A stretch of DNA of 64,000 bases from an uncultured Candidatus Rokubacteria bacterium (GCA_963708025.1 CAVPSB010000016.1:288001-352000), one strand, 5' to 3'. Shown: positions 36,910-49,347, counted from the first letter of the stretch. The notes: a model not told the origin generated them from the sequence alone. Made by a program: numbers and translations.

Positions 36910-38208
36910 CTACCGTGTCCCCGAAGCGACGGGCACTTCGTGGAAGGTCCAGCCCAGCGCCGCGAAGCCGTGCTGCGCCGGCGCCGACATTCGCCCGGTC
37001 AGCCAGAGACCCCGCCGGGCGGCCATGATGTCCGGCCACGCGGCGAAGCGGGCGATCCGCTCCGTCCACGAGACGTAGTCCACGGGAGCGGGGACGACCA
37101 CGGCGTCGTCGGGCGTCACCCCGATCACGCTCCCCCGCGCCGCCACCCTTCGGATAGGCATCCCGCTCACGCTGAGCCGGGTCAGCACGTGAACGGCGTC
37201 GGCCAGGAACCGGGCCTCCTCTTCGCTGGTGGCGGTCGCGGCCAGGGCGATCACCTCGGGACGCCCCGGGATGCCCCCCAGGCGCTCGAGACCGGTGACC
37301 AGCGCGGTCAGGACCGACAGCGAGAACCACCGCGTGCCGAGCAGCGCCTGCGCCTGCGCCTCGCTCGCGCCCATGGTGATCATCTTCTGCTTGTTGAGGA
37401 CGATCAGATCGGCCTCCGGCGTGTCATACACGAGGTCGTGCGTGAAGGACATGCCGGAGATCGCGATCGAGCCCGGGACGAACGCGCTCACCAGGAGGTT
37501 CACCCCCAGCCGTCCCGAGAAGGCGACCCAGGCCGTGTCCGTGAGCTTCTGGGCCAGCACCGGATTGGTCGTGTAGGGGTCGACCCCCAGGCCCCTCGCG
37601 AGTTGCCGCCGGACCTGCTCGAAGCCGAGGGCGGTGATGGTCGCGCTCCCGACCCGCTGGGCGGTGTCCTGCACCTTCTGCTGCTCGCTCTTGGTGGGGT
37701 CAGAAGCCCCCTGCACGATGTGCTCGGCGCCCAGCTCCACCCGGTCGAAGAACCGCGAGACACCCGAGGGAATCCCTTGCAACGTCGCCACGGGATTCAT
37801 GACGAGGTCGGCGACCGCTTCCACGGGCTTGGCAGCCGCGTTGCCCGCCGCGCTCAGGAACACGTCGGTCTGGCTCGTGGACTCCAGATGCCGGATGGCC
37901 GGCAGCTCGGCGATGCGAATCCGGAGCAGCTCGCGTCCGGGCGCGACGAAGGTCCCCACGTCCGAGCGGAGCGTGAAGCGGCCGAGAAGCCCGTCGGTGG
38001 GGACCTGATCCTCCACCCGGAACAGGGGGCCCGCGAGCATGTCCGGGGCCAGGAGCTCGCTCGCCCGGCGGACCGGCGGCGCCTGGAAGGGTGGCTGAGC
38101 ATCGGCCTCGCCGGCGGCGAGCCAGATACACGCCGCCGACAAACCGACCGCGGCGAGGGAGGCCCGGGCGACCCGTCCCGGCGCCGTGGCGACACTGATG
38201 TGATTCAT
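36910..38208 (-). CDS. Exported protein of unknown function
   Basis: Signal-peptide-like region ending ADA-Q; long ORF with coding-like composition; GGAGG RBS. Confidence 0.7.
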   Translation of the reverse strand: MNHISVATAPGRVARASLAAVGLSAACIWLAAGEADAQPPFQAPPVRRASELLAPDMLAGPLFRVEDQVPTDGLLGRFTLRSDVGTFVAPGRELLRIRIAELPAIRHLESTSQTDVFLSAAGNAAAKPVEAVADLVMNPVATLQGIPSGVSRFFDRVELGAEHIVQGASDPTKSEQQKVQDTAQRVGSATITALGFEQVRRQLARGLGVDPYTTNPVLAQKLTDTAWVAFSGRLGVNLLVSAFVPGSIAISGMSFTHDLVYDTPEADLIVLNKQKMITMGASEAQAQALLGTRWFSLSVLTALVTGLERLGGIPGRPEVIALAATATSEEEARFLADAVHVLTRLSVSGMPIRRVAARGSVIGVTPDDAVVVPAPVDYVSWTERIARFAAWPDIMAARRGLWLTGRMSAPAQHGFAALGWTFHEVPVASGTR

Positions 38209-38267
38209 CGAGCAACCTCCTGTGGACCCTACGCGCCGGGTGCTCCCAGCTCGGGTGACTAGATCAA

Positions 38268-38322
38268 CCCTCCCTTTTCCCTCTCCCCCGCTGGGGGGGA
38301 GAGGTCGGGGGGAGGGGGTGAG
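38268..38322. repeat. REP-like palindrome family 4, copy b
   Basis: cctctcccccgctggggggagagg..gggggtgag. Confidence 0.6.
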
Positions 38323-38387
38323 ACCATGCGCGGCGAGAAAACGGGCGCCCGGGCGGGCGCCCGCCGGAGCCCTGGTCCCACGACCGG

Positions 38388-38834
38388 CTACTTCTCGAGA
38401 GCGAGCTTGAGCCCCTCCACCGCCACCTTGATGTTGGCGCCCTTGGTCGTGCTCTTCAGCTGGATCACCACGCCTTCCGTGTTGCGCAGCGCGGTGAGAC
38501 CGGCCCCCTTGTAGGCCGTGCCCTCGAGGCCCGCGGTCCCGTAGACTCCGCTGAAGTCCTCGACCTTCTTCAGGTTGAACACGTCGCCGGTCGCCTCCGC
38601 CTTGGTGATGCCCACCTCGCCCACGGTGAGCCCGTCCACCTTGAACGGATAGGTCTTTCCCTTGTAGGTCAGCACACCCTTGCCCCAGCTCCACCCGATC
38701 CCGACTGCGACCGTGCCTTCCGACAGCTTCACGGTGGCATCGGGCTTCTTGGCGTCCTGGGCGACGGCCGACCCGATGAGCAGCGCCAGCAGCCCTCCGA
38801 CGGCGATCCACGCAGACAGTCGACGAACCATCAT
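38388..38834 (-). CDS. Small exported beta-rich protein (DUF1134/EipA-like)
   Basis: Signal peptide AVA-Q; GIGWSWGKGVLTY, GDVFNLKKVEDFSGVY; AAGGAGG RBS. Confidence 0.7.
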   Translation of the reverse strand: MMVRRLSAWIAVGGLLALLIGSAVAQDAKKPDATVKLSEGTVAVGIGWSWGKGVLTYKGKTYPFKVDGLTVGEVGITKAEATGDVFNLKKVEDFSGVYGTAGLEGTAYKGAGLTALRNTEGVVIQLKSTTKGANIKVAVEGLKLALEK

Positions 38835-38913
38835 TCCGCCTCCTTGGCTTGGGCATCCCGGCCTGCCTGCCCGCAATGTCGCGCCGCAGCCCTCCGGGTT
38901 CCGCCCCATGAGG

Positions 38914-38929
38914 GGCAAGATCGATACCA
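38914..38929 (-). promoter_or_regulatory. Sigma54 (-24/-12) promoter motif heading the minus-strand cluster
   Basis: TGGTAT-CGATC-TTGCC, 80 nt upstream of ATG 38834. Confidence 0.55.
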
Positions 38930-39284
38930 ATGACCGGGCCAAGGGACCGACTGTCCCGAACCCCGCGTCATCTCGGTGGAGTTGGATGAAGCCCGGCCCT
39001 CGGCCGCCACGACCGCGAGCCGGGCCCCCCACCACCGGAGGTGGTCGGTCACCGCATGTGGTGGGTGGCGGAAGGCGAGCTCCGGAATCTCCCTGGACGG
39101 GAGAGGCAGCGGAATCAGTTAGGAGCTGTCGGAGCGCGGAGGCAGTGGAACGGTTAGTCGTTGCACGGCGGCGCGTCAATCCCGCAAGGAGATCCCCCTG
39201 GGCGGGAGCGGCGTCCGGTATAATCCGCTCATCGTCCCCCGACGCCGTGGCGACCGCGGCGGGACCGGGACCAAGGAGGCGCAC

Positions 39285-40331
39285 ATGGTGGCGTGGCTCT
39301 CGGCGCTCCTCGCCCTCGTCCTCGTTCTGGCGGGCCCGGCCTGGGCGCAGCTCACGCTGCCGCCCGGGTTCACCGCCCAGGTGTACGTGACCGGCCAGGG
39401 GTTCGACACGAGCTCCGATCGCGGCGTCTTCGGGATGCCCGCGGTCGCCAGCCTGGCGTTCGACGGCCTCGGCAACCTCTACCTGTCCAAGACCGGGGCC
39501 CGGTTCCGTCAGGGCGAGGTCGAGGACCTCTTCTCCATCTACCGCATCCCCCTCGGCGGGGCACGGCTGAACCCCGACATCGAGCCGCGCTATCTCTACG
39601 GCCCGCCCCTCCGCAATCCCGTCATCGCCGCGGTGCGCGGTCGCGGCGAGGTCTACGTGACCACCTACGACCGCGATCGTCGAACCGGCGCCCTGTACCG
39701 GATGACCGACGGGCGCCCGCAGCTCCTGGCGGGCGGCACGCCGCCCAGTGGCGGTTCCCCGCTCTTCCGCCAGCCGGAAGGCGTGGCGGTGGACGGCGCC
39801 GGCCGCATCTACGTGGCGGACCGGGAGCAGGGGTTCGTGGCGCGACTGGACCGCGCGGGCAAGGTCCTCGACGAGCGGTACCTCACGGTCACCCGGCCGC
39901 GGATGCTCGCCATGGACGAGCAGGGGCAGCTCTGGGTCGGAACCGACGGGACGGCCGAGACCCCGTTCCAGGACGGCAAGGGCGAGCTCTGGAAGGCGAG
40001 CCCCGACGGCACGCCCACGCTGGTCCTCACCGGCCCCCTGCCGGCCGGCCTCAGCGTGAGCCCGAGCGGCGCGCTCTTCTTCGCCCAGCGGCGGACCGCG
40101 AAGCTCTTCGTCGTCACCGCGGACGGGAAGCGGATCGACTTTGCCAGCGGCGCGGATGGGACCTACGTCCGCGGCCTGGCCTTCGCGCCCGTCACGCCGG
40201 AAACCCGCCGCGCGGGCATCGCGGGCGACCTCTTCGTGGTCGCGGTCGCCCGCCAGGTCTGGGCGATCAACGAGATCATCCGGATCTCGGGCCCGTTCGA
40301 CGAGTTCGTCCGCCAGCAGTCATCCCCCTGA
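39285..40331 (+). CDS. Exported beta-propeller protein (NHL/SMP-30-like)
   Basis: Signal peptide AWA-Q; repeated LAFDGLGNLYL, PEGVAVDGAGRIYVAD, PRMLAMDEQGQLWV; AAGGAGG RBS; TATAAT at 39219. Confidence 0.8.
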   Translation: MVAWLSALLALVLVLAGPAWAQLTLPPGFTAQVYVTGQGFDTSSDRGVFGMPAVASLAFDGLGNLYLSKTGARFRQGEVEDLFSIYRIPLGGARLNPDIEPRYLYGPPLRNPVIAAVRGRGEVYVTTYDRDRRTGALYRMTDGRPQLLAGGTPPSGGSPLFRQPEGVAVDGAGRIYVADREQGFVARLDRAGKVLDERYLTVTRPRMLAMDEQGQLWVGTDGTAETPFQDGKGELWKASPDGTPTLVLTGPLPAGLSVSPSGALFFAQRRTAKLFVVTADGKRIDFASGADGTYVRGLAFAPVTPETRRAGIAGDLFVVAVARQVWAINEIIRISGPFDEFVRQQSSP

Positions 40332-40378
40332 GCTTCTACGCCGGCCGCGGCCAAGGTCGTAGCGGACGAATCACGCTC

Positions 40379-40546
40379 GGGGCGGGGCCGAGAAGCGAGC
40401 AGCGCCCAAAGGCCGAAGGCCGTCAGATCGACGCAGGGAGTCGCTGACCGCAGGCGTACTCCTAGTACGCCGAGGATCGGCGACGACCCCAAAGGCCGAA
40501 GGCCGTCCGAACGACGACGCGATGCGAAGCTTATCGGCCCCGCCCG
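40379..40546. repeat. Family 3 element, copy B
   Basis: Same termini and core as 18318-18497, plus two caaaggccgaaggccgtc modules. Confidence 0.85.
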
Positions 40547-40615
40547 CTAGAGGCGGCCGTCTCGTCGCGCGTGGCGTGACCGGGCGGGCGCCCGGTCGCG
40601 ACCGCACTCATCGCG

Positions 40616-41482
40616 TCAGGCCCACGAGCCGACGAACGGGCTGTGGTAGCGCGCCGCGCCTGCGAGAAGCGCCGCCTGGGCGCCGGCGTCCAGCGGCCGG
40701 TACCGCTCGGCGGCGACCAGAACCCTGGGGAGCACGGTCACGTCGCCCACGCTGCAGAGCGTCGTCACCGGCTGGGAGAGCACGAAGGCCACGGCCTGAT
40801 CGATGGTCTCCTGGTCCGCGAACGGCTCGTACCAGGTCGCGTGGGTCTTCGGCCGGTCATCCCACGGGTCCTTGGCCACCGTCTTGATGATGTGGACCCC
40901 GACGTCGCGCTGGCGGCAGGCGGCGAGCAGGGCCTCGGCGTCCCGACGGTACTCGGGGATCGACCAGAGCACGAAGTTCAGCGGGAACATCACGGTGTCG
41001 AAGTCGAATCGCCGGAGCGCCTCGAGGTGGGTGCGCGGCGCGTCGTGGGTGTGGCCGGTGATGCCGAGCCAGCGGACCAGCCCCGCCTCGCGCGCCGCCA
41101 CCAGCGCCTCGAGCGCGCCGCCGGCTACCGTGCAGGCATCCAGGTCGGCGAGCTTGCCGACCGAGTGGAGCTGGTAGAGGTCGAGGCGGTCGGTCCCCAG
41201 CCGCTCGAGGGAGCGATGGAGCTCGGCGGTGGCCGCCTCCCGGGTCCGCTCCCGCGTCTTGCAGCCGAGGAAGACCCCGCCCCGGATCCGCGCCATCCAG
41301 GGCTGGAGCCGCAACTCGGCCTCCCCGTAGCTGGGCGCCACGTCGACGTGGTTGACGCCGGCGTCGAGCGCCGCCTGGATGGCGCCGTCGGCCGTCGCCT
41401 GGTCGACCCGTCCGAGCGCCGCCGTTCCCAGCGCCACCACGCTACTCCGGTGTCCCGTCCGTCCGAGTCGACGCCGCTCCAT
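40616..41482 (-). CDS. Aldo/keto reductase
   Basis: RRLGRTG, DVAPSYG, CKT, SLERLGTDRLDLYQLH, GLVRWLGITGH. Confidence 0.92.
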   Translation of the reverse strand: MERRRLGRTGHRSSVVALGTAALGRVDQATADGAIQAALDAGVNHVDVAPSYGEAELRLQPWMARIRGGVFLGCKTRERTREAATAELHRSLERLGTDRLDLYQLHSVGKLADLDACTVAGGALEALVAAREAGLVRWLGITGHTHDAPRTHLEALRRFDFDTVMFPLNFVLWSIPEYRRDAEALLAACRQRDVGVHIIKTVAKDPWDDRPKTHATWYEPFADQETIDQAVAFVLSQPVTTLCSVGDVTVLPRVLVAAERYRPLDAGAQAALLAGAARYHSPFVGSWA

Positions 41483-41546
41483 GCCGCACCTCCTCCGCTC
41501 CAGCCTACACCGAGTCCCCTCCTCGCGGGTCCCCGTCCGCCGAATC

Positions 41547-41575
41547 TTGACACCGGCGATTTCCCTCCGTACCGT
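41547..41575 (+). promoter_or_regulatory. Sigma70-like promoter, probably leaderless
   Basis: TTGACA-N17-TACCGT; ATG 41584 lies 8 nt downstream. Confidence 0.6.
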
Positions 41576-41577
41576 GG

Positions 41578-42000
41578 ATGGGCATGTCGCGCGCCCCGAT
41601 TCCCAAATGGATCCTCGTCGCGGATGACGACGACCTCGTTCGCCAGCTGTGGACGGAGGCGCTCAGGGAGGCGGGGTACCGGACGGTCGAGGCCCGCACC
41701 GGCCGGGAAGCGATCGACCTGATGCGGACGGTGGCGCCGGATCTGATGATCCTCGACCTGCGGATGCCCGACCTCACGGGTGGGGCCGTCCTCCAGTCGA
41801 TCCAGGCGCGGCCGGTCCTCCACCGCATCCCCGTGCTCATCATCTCCGGCTTCCTGGAGGACGAGCCCGTGGTCGATCTCAAGCTGAACATCGTCGCGCG
41901 GCTGGCGAAGCCGATCTCGCTCGCCCGGCTCCGGGAAGTGGTCGCCTCCGCTCTCGCCCATCCACCGACCGACGACAAGCGCCGCTCCACCTACTCCTGA
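41578..42000 (+). CDS. Single-domain response regulator
   Basis: ILVADDD, ILDLRMP, IPVLIISG, LAKP. Confidence 0.88.
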   Translation: MGMSRAPIPKWILVADDDDLVRQLWTEALREAGYRTVEARTGREAIDLMRTVAPDLMILDLRMPDLTGGAVLQSIQARPVLHRIPVLIISGFLEDEPVVDLKLNIVARLAKPISLARLREVVASALAHPPTDDKRRSTYS

Positions 42001-42413
42001 TCGGTCGAGCGGCCGGAGGCCCGGCACCGGCGCCGGCAGCCGGAGAACAGCCGGCGGCCCCATCCGGCGTCGTCCACCGGCGCCAGGCCGTCCAGCCAAA
42101 CGGTGGCCTCCCGCAATCGCGCCTCCCGGCGGGCCCGAGGCGCGATCCAGCAGGGGACGCGACACTCCAGGGGACGCACTGGACGGTAACGCCGCAAGTC
42201 TCAACGAGATCCCGCATCTCGGCACCTCGGACCCGGCCGGAGCACTGGAGCCGCCGCGACGATGCGCCATGCCCGGTCCTCGACGCCGCCGGAGGCCGCG
42301 GGGGGCCTCCACATCCGGCAGAACCCGTGAGAGGATCAGAAGACCTAAGGCCTATAGCGCGCCGAACCCGGTGAGCCGAGAATGAATGCCTGACTGGCTC
42401 ACCGGAGGGGTCG

Positions 42414-44545
<2,132 letters not shown>

Positions 44546-44568
44546 CCCGGACGGGCGGGGCGCACGGT

Positions 44569-44718
44569 TCAGTTCGGGACCTCCCGCCCACCCCCCCAGC
44601 CCCCCTCCATCTGACCGGATCGCCGGGACGGCTCGGGCCTACGGCCCTCGCGACGTCCCGCCCTCCGGCGGCCACCGGGGGGAGGGGGGAGTCGGAGGCC
44701 CCATTGCTTCACACGCTC
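44569..44718 (+). repeat. Repeat family 2, copy b
   Basis: tcagttcgggacctcccgcccaccc...ggggggaggggggagtcggaggccccattgcttcacacgctc; abuts the stop codon at 44719. Confidence 0.8.
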
Positions 44719-45558
44719 TCAGCCCAGATCGAAGCGCGCCCCCTCGGCCGCGGGCGTCACCGGGAACCCGGGCCGCAGGTCCCCGACGGCCGCGCTCACC
44801 GCCGCCTCGAGCCCGGCGTCGCCGCGGCTGGGATCGTGATGGAAGGGTAGGAGGTGCTTGACCCCGGCCAGCCGGGCGAAGGCCAGGGCATCGTGGATCG
44901 AGCTGTGCCCCCAGCCGACGTGACCCGGGTACTCCTCGCGGGTGTACTGAGCGTCGTGAATCAGCAAGTCCGCTCCCCCCGCGAGCTCGAAGCCGGAGGT
45001 CCACTCCGGCTCGAGGGGAAAGCGCCGCGCGCCGAGCGCGGGCTCGTGGTCGGGGAGGTAGGCGAGCGAGGCCCGTCCCGTCTCGATCCGGTAGCCCACG
45101 GTGGGGCCGGGATGGCACACACGCGCTACGGTGACGCCGAACGGGCCGATCGCCACCCGCCCGCGCAGCACCGGGTGCAGCTCGAGCCGGCAGGGCAGGT
45201 CACCGAGCGGCACCGGGAACAGCGGTGAGGACAGGTAGCGCCGGAGCCGGGCCTCCAGGTCGAGCGTGGCGCTGGCGGGTCCCCATATGTGAACCTCCAT
45301 TCGGGGGTCGTAGAGCGGACCGAAGAACCCCAGTCCGACGATGTGGTCCAGGTGCAGGTGGGTCAGGAGCACGTCCACCCGGCGCAGCGCCCGGGGGAGC
45401 TCCAGCCCCAGCGTCCGGACACCCGTCCCCGCATCGAGCACGAGGACGCTCCCGTCCGGCCCGGTCACGCGCACACACGACGTGTTGCCTCCGTAGCGGG
45501 TCGTCGACGGGCCCGGCGTCGCCAGCGAGCCCCGCACCCCGTAGAAGGTGACGATCAT
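44719..45558 (-). CDS. MBL-fold metallohydrolase (phosphodiesterase-like)
   Basis: [40 protein letters not shown]. Confidence 0.9.
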   Translation of the reverse strand: MIVTFYGVRGSLATPGPSTTRYGGNTSCVRVTGPDGSVLVLDAGTGVRTLGLELPRALRRVDVLLTHLHLDHIVGLGFFGPLYDPRMEVHIWGPASATLDLEARLRRYLSSPLFPVPLGDLPCRLELHPVLRGRVAIGPFGVTVARVCHPGPTVGYRIETGRASLAYLPDHEPALGARRFPLEPEWTSGFELAGGADLLIHDAQYTREEYPGHVGWGHSSIHDALAFARLAGVKHLLPFHHDPSRGDAGLEAAVSAAVGDLRPGFPVTPAAEGARFDLG

Positions 45559-45953
45559 GTCCCGCGCCGCTCCCAGAACATCACGACCGCCCCGAGGAGG
45601 GCGTCGTCCTGGCCGATCAGCGGGAACGCCGTGATCTCGACCTGGAGCCGCACCCGGTCGCCCCGGCGCCGTAGCCAGCGCCGGGTGTGGGCGGGGCGCC
45701 GCTCCCGAAGCGCGACCAGCACCGGCAGGACCACGCCCTCGGCCGTCGCCGCCGGATCGTCGCTCATCTCGACCAGCCGGTCCGCCTCCTCCGGGCTGAT
45801 GCGCCCCGTCTCCTCGAAGCGGATCCCGAGGATCCGCTCCGCGGGCTCGTTGTAGAAGATCACGGTCTCCGTGGGGTTGACGAGGAGCACCGGCACGGAC
45901 AGGTAGCCGGCCAGCTGGCGAACCAGGATCGTCTCCACCGGCTGCTGGGCCAT
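45555..45953 (-). CDS. Stand-alone PAS-domain protein
   Basis: VLLVNPTETVIFYNEPAERILG..ITAFPL..LLGAVVMF; ATGA overlap with the MBL gene; GAGGAG RBS. Confidence 0.8.
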   Translation of the reverse strand: MAQQPVETILVRQLAGYLSVPVLLVNPTETVIFYNEPAERILGIRFEETGRISPEEADRLVEMSDDPAATAEGVVLPVLVALRERRPAHTRRWLRRRGDRVRLQVEITAFPLIGQDDALLGAVVMFWERRGT

Positions 45954-46180
45954 CGCTCTCTCCTCGGCCGGACGATCGGCGTCGCGCTCTCGCCGACCGG
46001 CGGCCTGCTTCCGTGAGGCCTCCATCAACGACCCACCCGAGCGCGACGCGCGCGCTAGAGCGTCTCTCCAGGGTCTTCTACGCCGAGCCGGGAGCAGAAT
46101 CAAGCGGGCCACATCATCGGAGGGGACCCACTGTTCGGTCCCCGATTGGGTTACACTCATTCTCCGGTAGCAACCGAGCC

Positions 46181-46630
46181 ATGCTCTCCGCGGTCGTCTC
46201 GGCGCTGCACCTGCTGGCCCTGGCCATCGGCCTGCCCGCCGTCTTCTTCCGCGCCCGTGCCCTGAAGGGGTCGCTGGACGACCGGAACCTGGCCCGCCTC
46301 TTCGCCGCCGACAACCTCTGGGGCCTCGCCGCGCTGCTGTGGATCGCGACCGGCCTGCTGCGCGCGTTCGGTGGCCTGGAGAAGGGAACCCCCTTCTATC
46401 TCGCCTCGGCGTTGTTCTGGACGAAGATGGGCTTGTTCCTGGCGGTCGCAGCCCTCGAGATCTGGCCCATGACGACATTCATCCGCTGGCGCGGCCAGCG
46501 ACGCCGAGCCGAGCGGCTCGACACCGCGCCGGCCCGCGCCCTGTTCGTCGTCAACCACGTCCAGATGGCGCTGGTGGTGGCGATCGTGTTCGTGGCCAGC
46601 TTCATGGCCCGGGGCTTCGGGCTCCGGTAG
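46181..46630 (+). CDS. DUF2214-family membrane protein
   Basis: ADNLWG, TGLLR, EKG..FY, FWTKM, ASFMARG. Confidence 0.8.
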   Translation: MLSAVVSALHLLALAIGLPAVFFRARALKGSLDDRNLARLFAADNLWGLAALLWIATGLLRAFGGLEKGTPFYLASALFWTKMGLFLAVAALEIWPMTTFIRWRGQRRRAERLDTAPARALFVVNHVQMALVVAIVFVASFMARGFGLR

Positions 46631-46698
46631 CGAGGGGTGCCAGGTCAAAGCAATCATCGCGGGGCCGGGACCGAGCGATGATAGTCTCTGGCGGACAC

Positions 46699-47304
46699 AT
46701 GCCCGCACTGCGGCTCTCCCTCGGCGTCATTCTCACCTCCCTGGGGGCCGCCATCCTCGTCGCGACGCCGGCGGTCGCCTTCGACGGCGACGAGGCATTC
46801 CGGAAGGGCGTCCTCGTGCTTTCGGTGGAAGCCGGGGGCGGCCATCAGGACAACCTGGTGGGCGCCGCGCTCAGCGACCTCGAGCTCACCAACGGGGGCA
46901 TGCGGCTCGGCCTGATCCCTTTCGGCCCCTGGCTCAGCGGTCCCGCCCGCGCGGCGCTCGAGGTCGGTCTCGAGCCCTTCTTCCAGCAGTACCGGAACCC
47001 GGACGCCCGCTTCGGCGGCCTCGGGCTCTTGCTCCGGTACCACTTCCTGGCTCTCGGCCGGGTGGTGCCCTACGTGGAGCTGTTCGGGGCCGCCGGCGCC
47101 TCCGACCTGAACATCCCGGAGATCGACTCGACGTTCACCCTGATGGCCCAGGGCGGGGTCGGCGCCTCCCTGTTCCTGACGGACCGGATCGCGCTCTACG
47201 CCGGCTACCGGCTCCAGCACGTGTCGAACGCTCACACGAGCCGGGCGAACCGCGGCTTCGAGGCGCACCTCGGCATCGCCGGCGTTTCCATCTTCTTCCC
47301 GTGA
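46699..47304 (+). CDS. Lipid A 3-O-deacylase/acyloxyacyl hydrolase-like outer-membrane protein (PagL-like)
   Basis: Signal peptide; PYVE, YRLQHVSNA (HxSNA catalytic motif), NRG, aromatic C-terminus. Confidence 0.8.
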   Translation: MPALRLSLGVILTSLGAAILVATPAVAFDGDEAFRKGVLVLSVEAGGGHQDNLVGAALSDLELTNGGMRLGLIPFGPWLSGPARAALEVGLEPFFQQYRNPDARFGGLGLLLRYHFLALGRVVPYVELFGAAGASDLNIPEIDSTFTLMAQGGVGASLFLTDRIALYAGYRLQHVSNAHTSRANRGFEAHLGIAGVSIFFP

Positions 47305-47404
47305 GCCGTCGGCCGTAGCGCGACCACGGCGGGATCCGGGCACGGGACGGCCGGCGATCCCGATCGCCGCCGGCGTCGCCGCGAGGCCCGGAGACTCATC
47401 AGGT

Positions 47405-47542
47405 GAGAGCCCGTAAAGGAATGGGTCCTCCGACTCCCCCCTCCCCCCGGCCAAGGGCCGGAGGCCGTCCATGGGTGGGGGAGGAGGGTCAAAGGCCGAA
47501 GGCCGTCGACGAATCGGGTGGGCGGGAGGTCCCGAACTGAGG
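47405..47542 (-). repeat. Repeat family 2, copy c
   Basis: Reverse strand cctcagttcgggacctcccgcccaccc...gagtcggaggacccattcc, with two internal ggcc hairpin modules. Confidence 0.8.
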
Positions 47543-47557
47543 CGCCTGCTGGGCCAG

Positions 47558-49174
47558 GTGCTCGAGGAGGCGCGGGCGCGCCCGCGGGCCTTCGCGGCCG
47601 CGGCGGTCTCCGGCGCGCTGCTCGCGACGCCCACCCTCTTCCCCTGGTGCTGGCCGCTCGCGTTCGTCGCCCTCGTCCCCTACCTCGACGCCTTCCGTCC
47701 GTTCACCCGCGACGGCCGGAGGCGGACCGGCGTGCTGCTCACGCTGACCATGGCGGTGGTCTGGTACACGAGCAGCGGTTACTGGCTGTTCTCGCTGGTG
47801 CGCTACCACTGGACGGCGTGGCTAGCGGCGCTCGTCATCATCGGCCTGGGGCTGAGCGAGGTCGTCCTGCTCCCGCTCTCGGTCCGCTTCGTCCACCGCC
47901 GCCTGGGCGTGGCGCCGGCGCTCTCGATCCCGTTCGCCTGGATCACCATGGAACGCCTGCGCTGGCTCGGCGACCTCTACTTCCCCTGGTTCGACCTCGG
48001 CTACGACCTGGCCTCGGTCCCGCTCCTGGTCCAGTTCGCCGACGTTCTCGGCGTGTCCGGAGTCGGCTTCTGGATCGTGACGGTGAACGTGTGCATCGCC
48101 GAGCTCTGGGCGCATCCATCAGACCCGCGGCGGAGGCTCGTCCGGGCGGCCGCGCTCGCCGTTGCGGTGGGGCTTCCCCTGCCCTACGACTTCGTCGCCT
48201 GGGCCCGCCACGACCCGGCCCGGGGGGAGGCCGCTCGCACGCGGGTCGCCCTCGTCCAGCCGAACATCCCGCAGCAGCTCAAGTGGGACACCGCCACGCG
48301 ACAGGAGGTGGTCACGAAGGTGCGCGCGGTGACCGAGGCGGCGGCTGCCTCCCGCCCCGATCTGCTGGTTCTCCCCGAGTCGGCGGTCCCGCTCCTTCTC
48401 CGCACCGACGGGACCCAGCTGTACACGACGGACATGACCTCGGTGGCGCGGGTCGTCGGCGACCCGGGGGTGCCGCTCCTGGCGGGCGCCTTGACCGTCG
48501 AAGGGCGGTGGCCGGCGTTCCAGTTCACCAACTCGGCCTTCCTCTACGATTCCGGCGGGACGCAGGTCGGCCGCTACGACAAGACCCGCCTGGTGCCGAT
48601 CGTGGAGGCGCTGCCCCACCCGCGCCTCCTGGGCTGGGTGACCTGGCTCGCCAGCACGGCCGTCGTCTCGCGCTGGCTGTCCGCCTACGTCGGCCTCGGG
48701 TTCGCGAGCCTGCGCCCCGGCCAGGAGCCGGCCGTGATCCGGCTCGACGGGCTCCCGCCCCTCGGCGTCCTCATCTGCTACGAGTCCATCTTCCCCGACA
48801 TCGCGCGAGAGGAGCGGCGGCAAGGGGCGCGTCTCCTCGTGAGCATCTCCGACGACGCCTGGTTCGGCGAGACCGCCGCCCCCTACCAGCACGCCGCCTT
48901 CCTCGCGTTGCGCGCGGTCGAGAACCGGATCTGGGTCGTCCGCGCCGCCAACACCGGGATCTCCGCCGTCTACGACCCGCGCGGCACGGTGGTCGCCCGC
49001 ACTCGCCTCGGGACCCGGGACGTCCTCAGGTCCGAGGCGGCCCCCGCCGGCCCGCCGCCGCCGTTCACGCGCATGCGCTGGGACCCGACGGTGACGCTCT
49101 GCTTGGTCGTCACCGCCGGACTCGTCGGCACGGCGTGGCTCGCCGGCGCGCGGCGCCGCCGCCCTGATGGCTGA
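47558..49174 (+). CDS. lnt: Apolipoprotein N-acyltransferase
   Basis: Transmembrane N-half; FPWFDLGY, VQPNIPQ, PESA, YDKTRLVP, ICYESIF, DAWFG, RAANTGIS; start approximate. Confidence 0.92.
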   Translation: MLEEARARPRAFAAAAVSGALLATPTLFPWCWPLAFVALVPYLDAFRPFTRDGRRRTGVLLTLTMAVVWYTSSGYWLFSLVRYHWTAWLAALVIIGLGLSEVVLLPLSVRFVHRRLGVAPALSIPFAWITMERLRWLGDLYFPWFDLGYDLASVPLLVQFADVLGVSGVGFWIVTVNVCIAELWAHPSDPRRRLVRAAALAVAVGLPLPYDFVAWARHDPARGEAARTRVALVQPNIPQQLKWDTATRQEVVTKVRAVTEAAAASRPDLLVLPESAVPLLLRTDGTQLYTTDMTSVARVVGDPGVPLLAGALTVEGRWPAFQFTNSAFLYDSGGTQVGRYDKTRLVPIVEALPHPRLLGWVTWLASTAVVSRWLSAYVGLGFASLRPGQEPAVIRLDGLPPLGVLICYESIFPDIAREERRQGARLLVSISDDAWFGETAAPYQHAAFLALRAVENRIWVVRAANTGISAVYDPRGTVVARTRLGTRDVLRSEAAPAGPPPPFTRMRWDPTVTLCLVVTAGLVGTAWLAGARRRRPDG

Positions 49175-49299
49175 GTTGCCAACGGCCCCCGCTCCCTCCG
49201 CCCGTCGGCTTCTCGCAGCCCACTGACTCCGGCGCGCGGCCGTGGCGTTCCGCTTCGAGCCGCGGCCCAAAGGCCGAAGGCCGTCCCACAGGCGCGGCC

Positions 49300-49342
49300 T
49301 CCGAGGGGGGGCATCGGGGGGCTCTTCCGAGACCCCCCCGAA
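49300..49342 (-). repeat. Post-stop hairpin repeat family 1, copy e
   Basis: Minus strand ttcgggggggtctcggaagagccccccgatgcccccc, 5 nt after TGA; followed by a gacggccttcggcctttgg module. Confidence 0.85.
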
Positions 49343-49347
49343 GACCT

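Noticed and set aside
42000-42410. Possible enhancer sites or sRNA upstream of the sigma54 activator
   Set aside because: Only weak partial palindromes; cannot be supported by eye.
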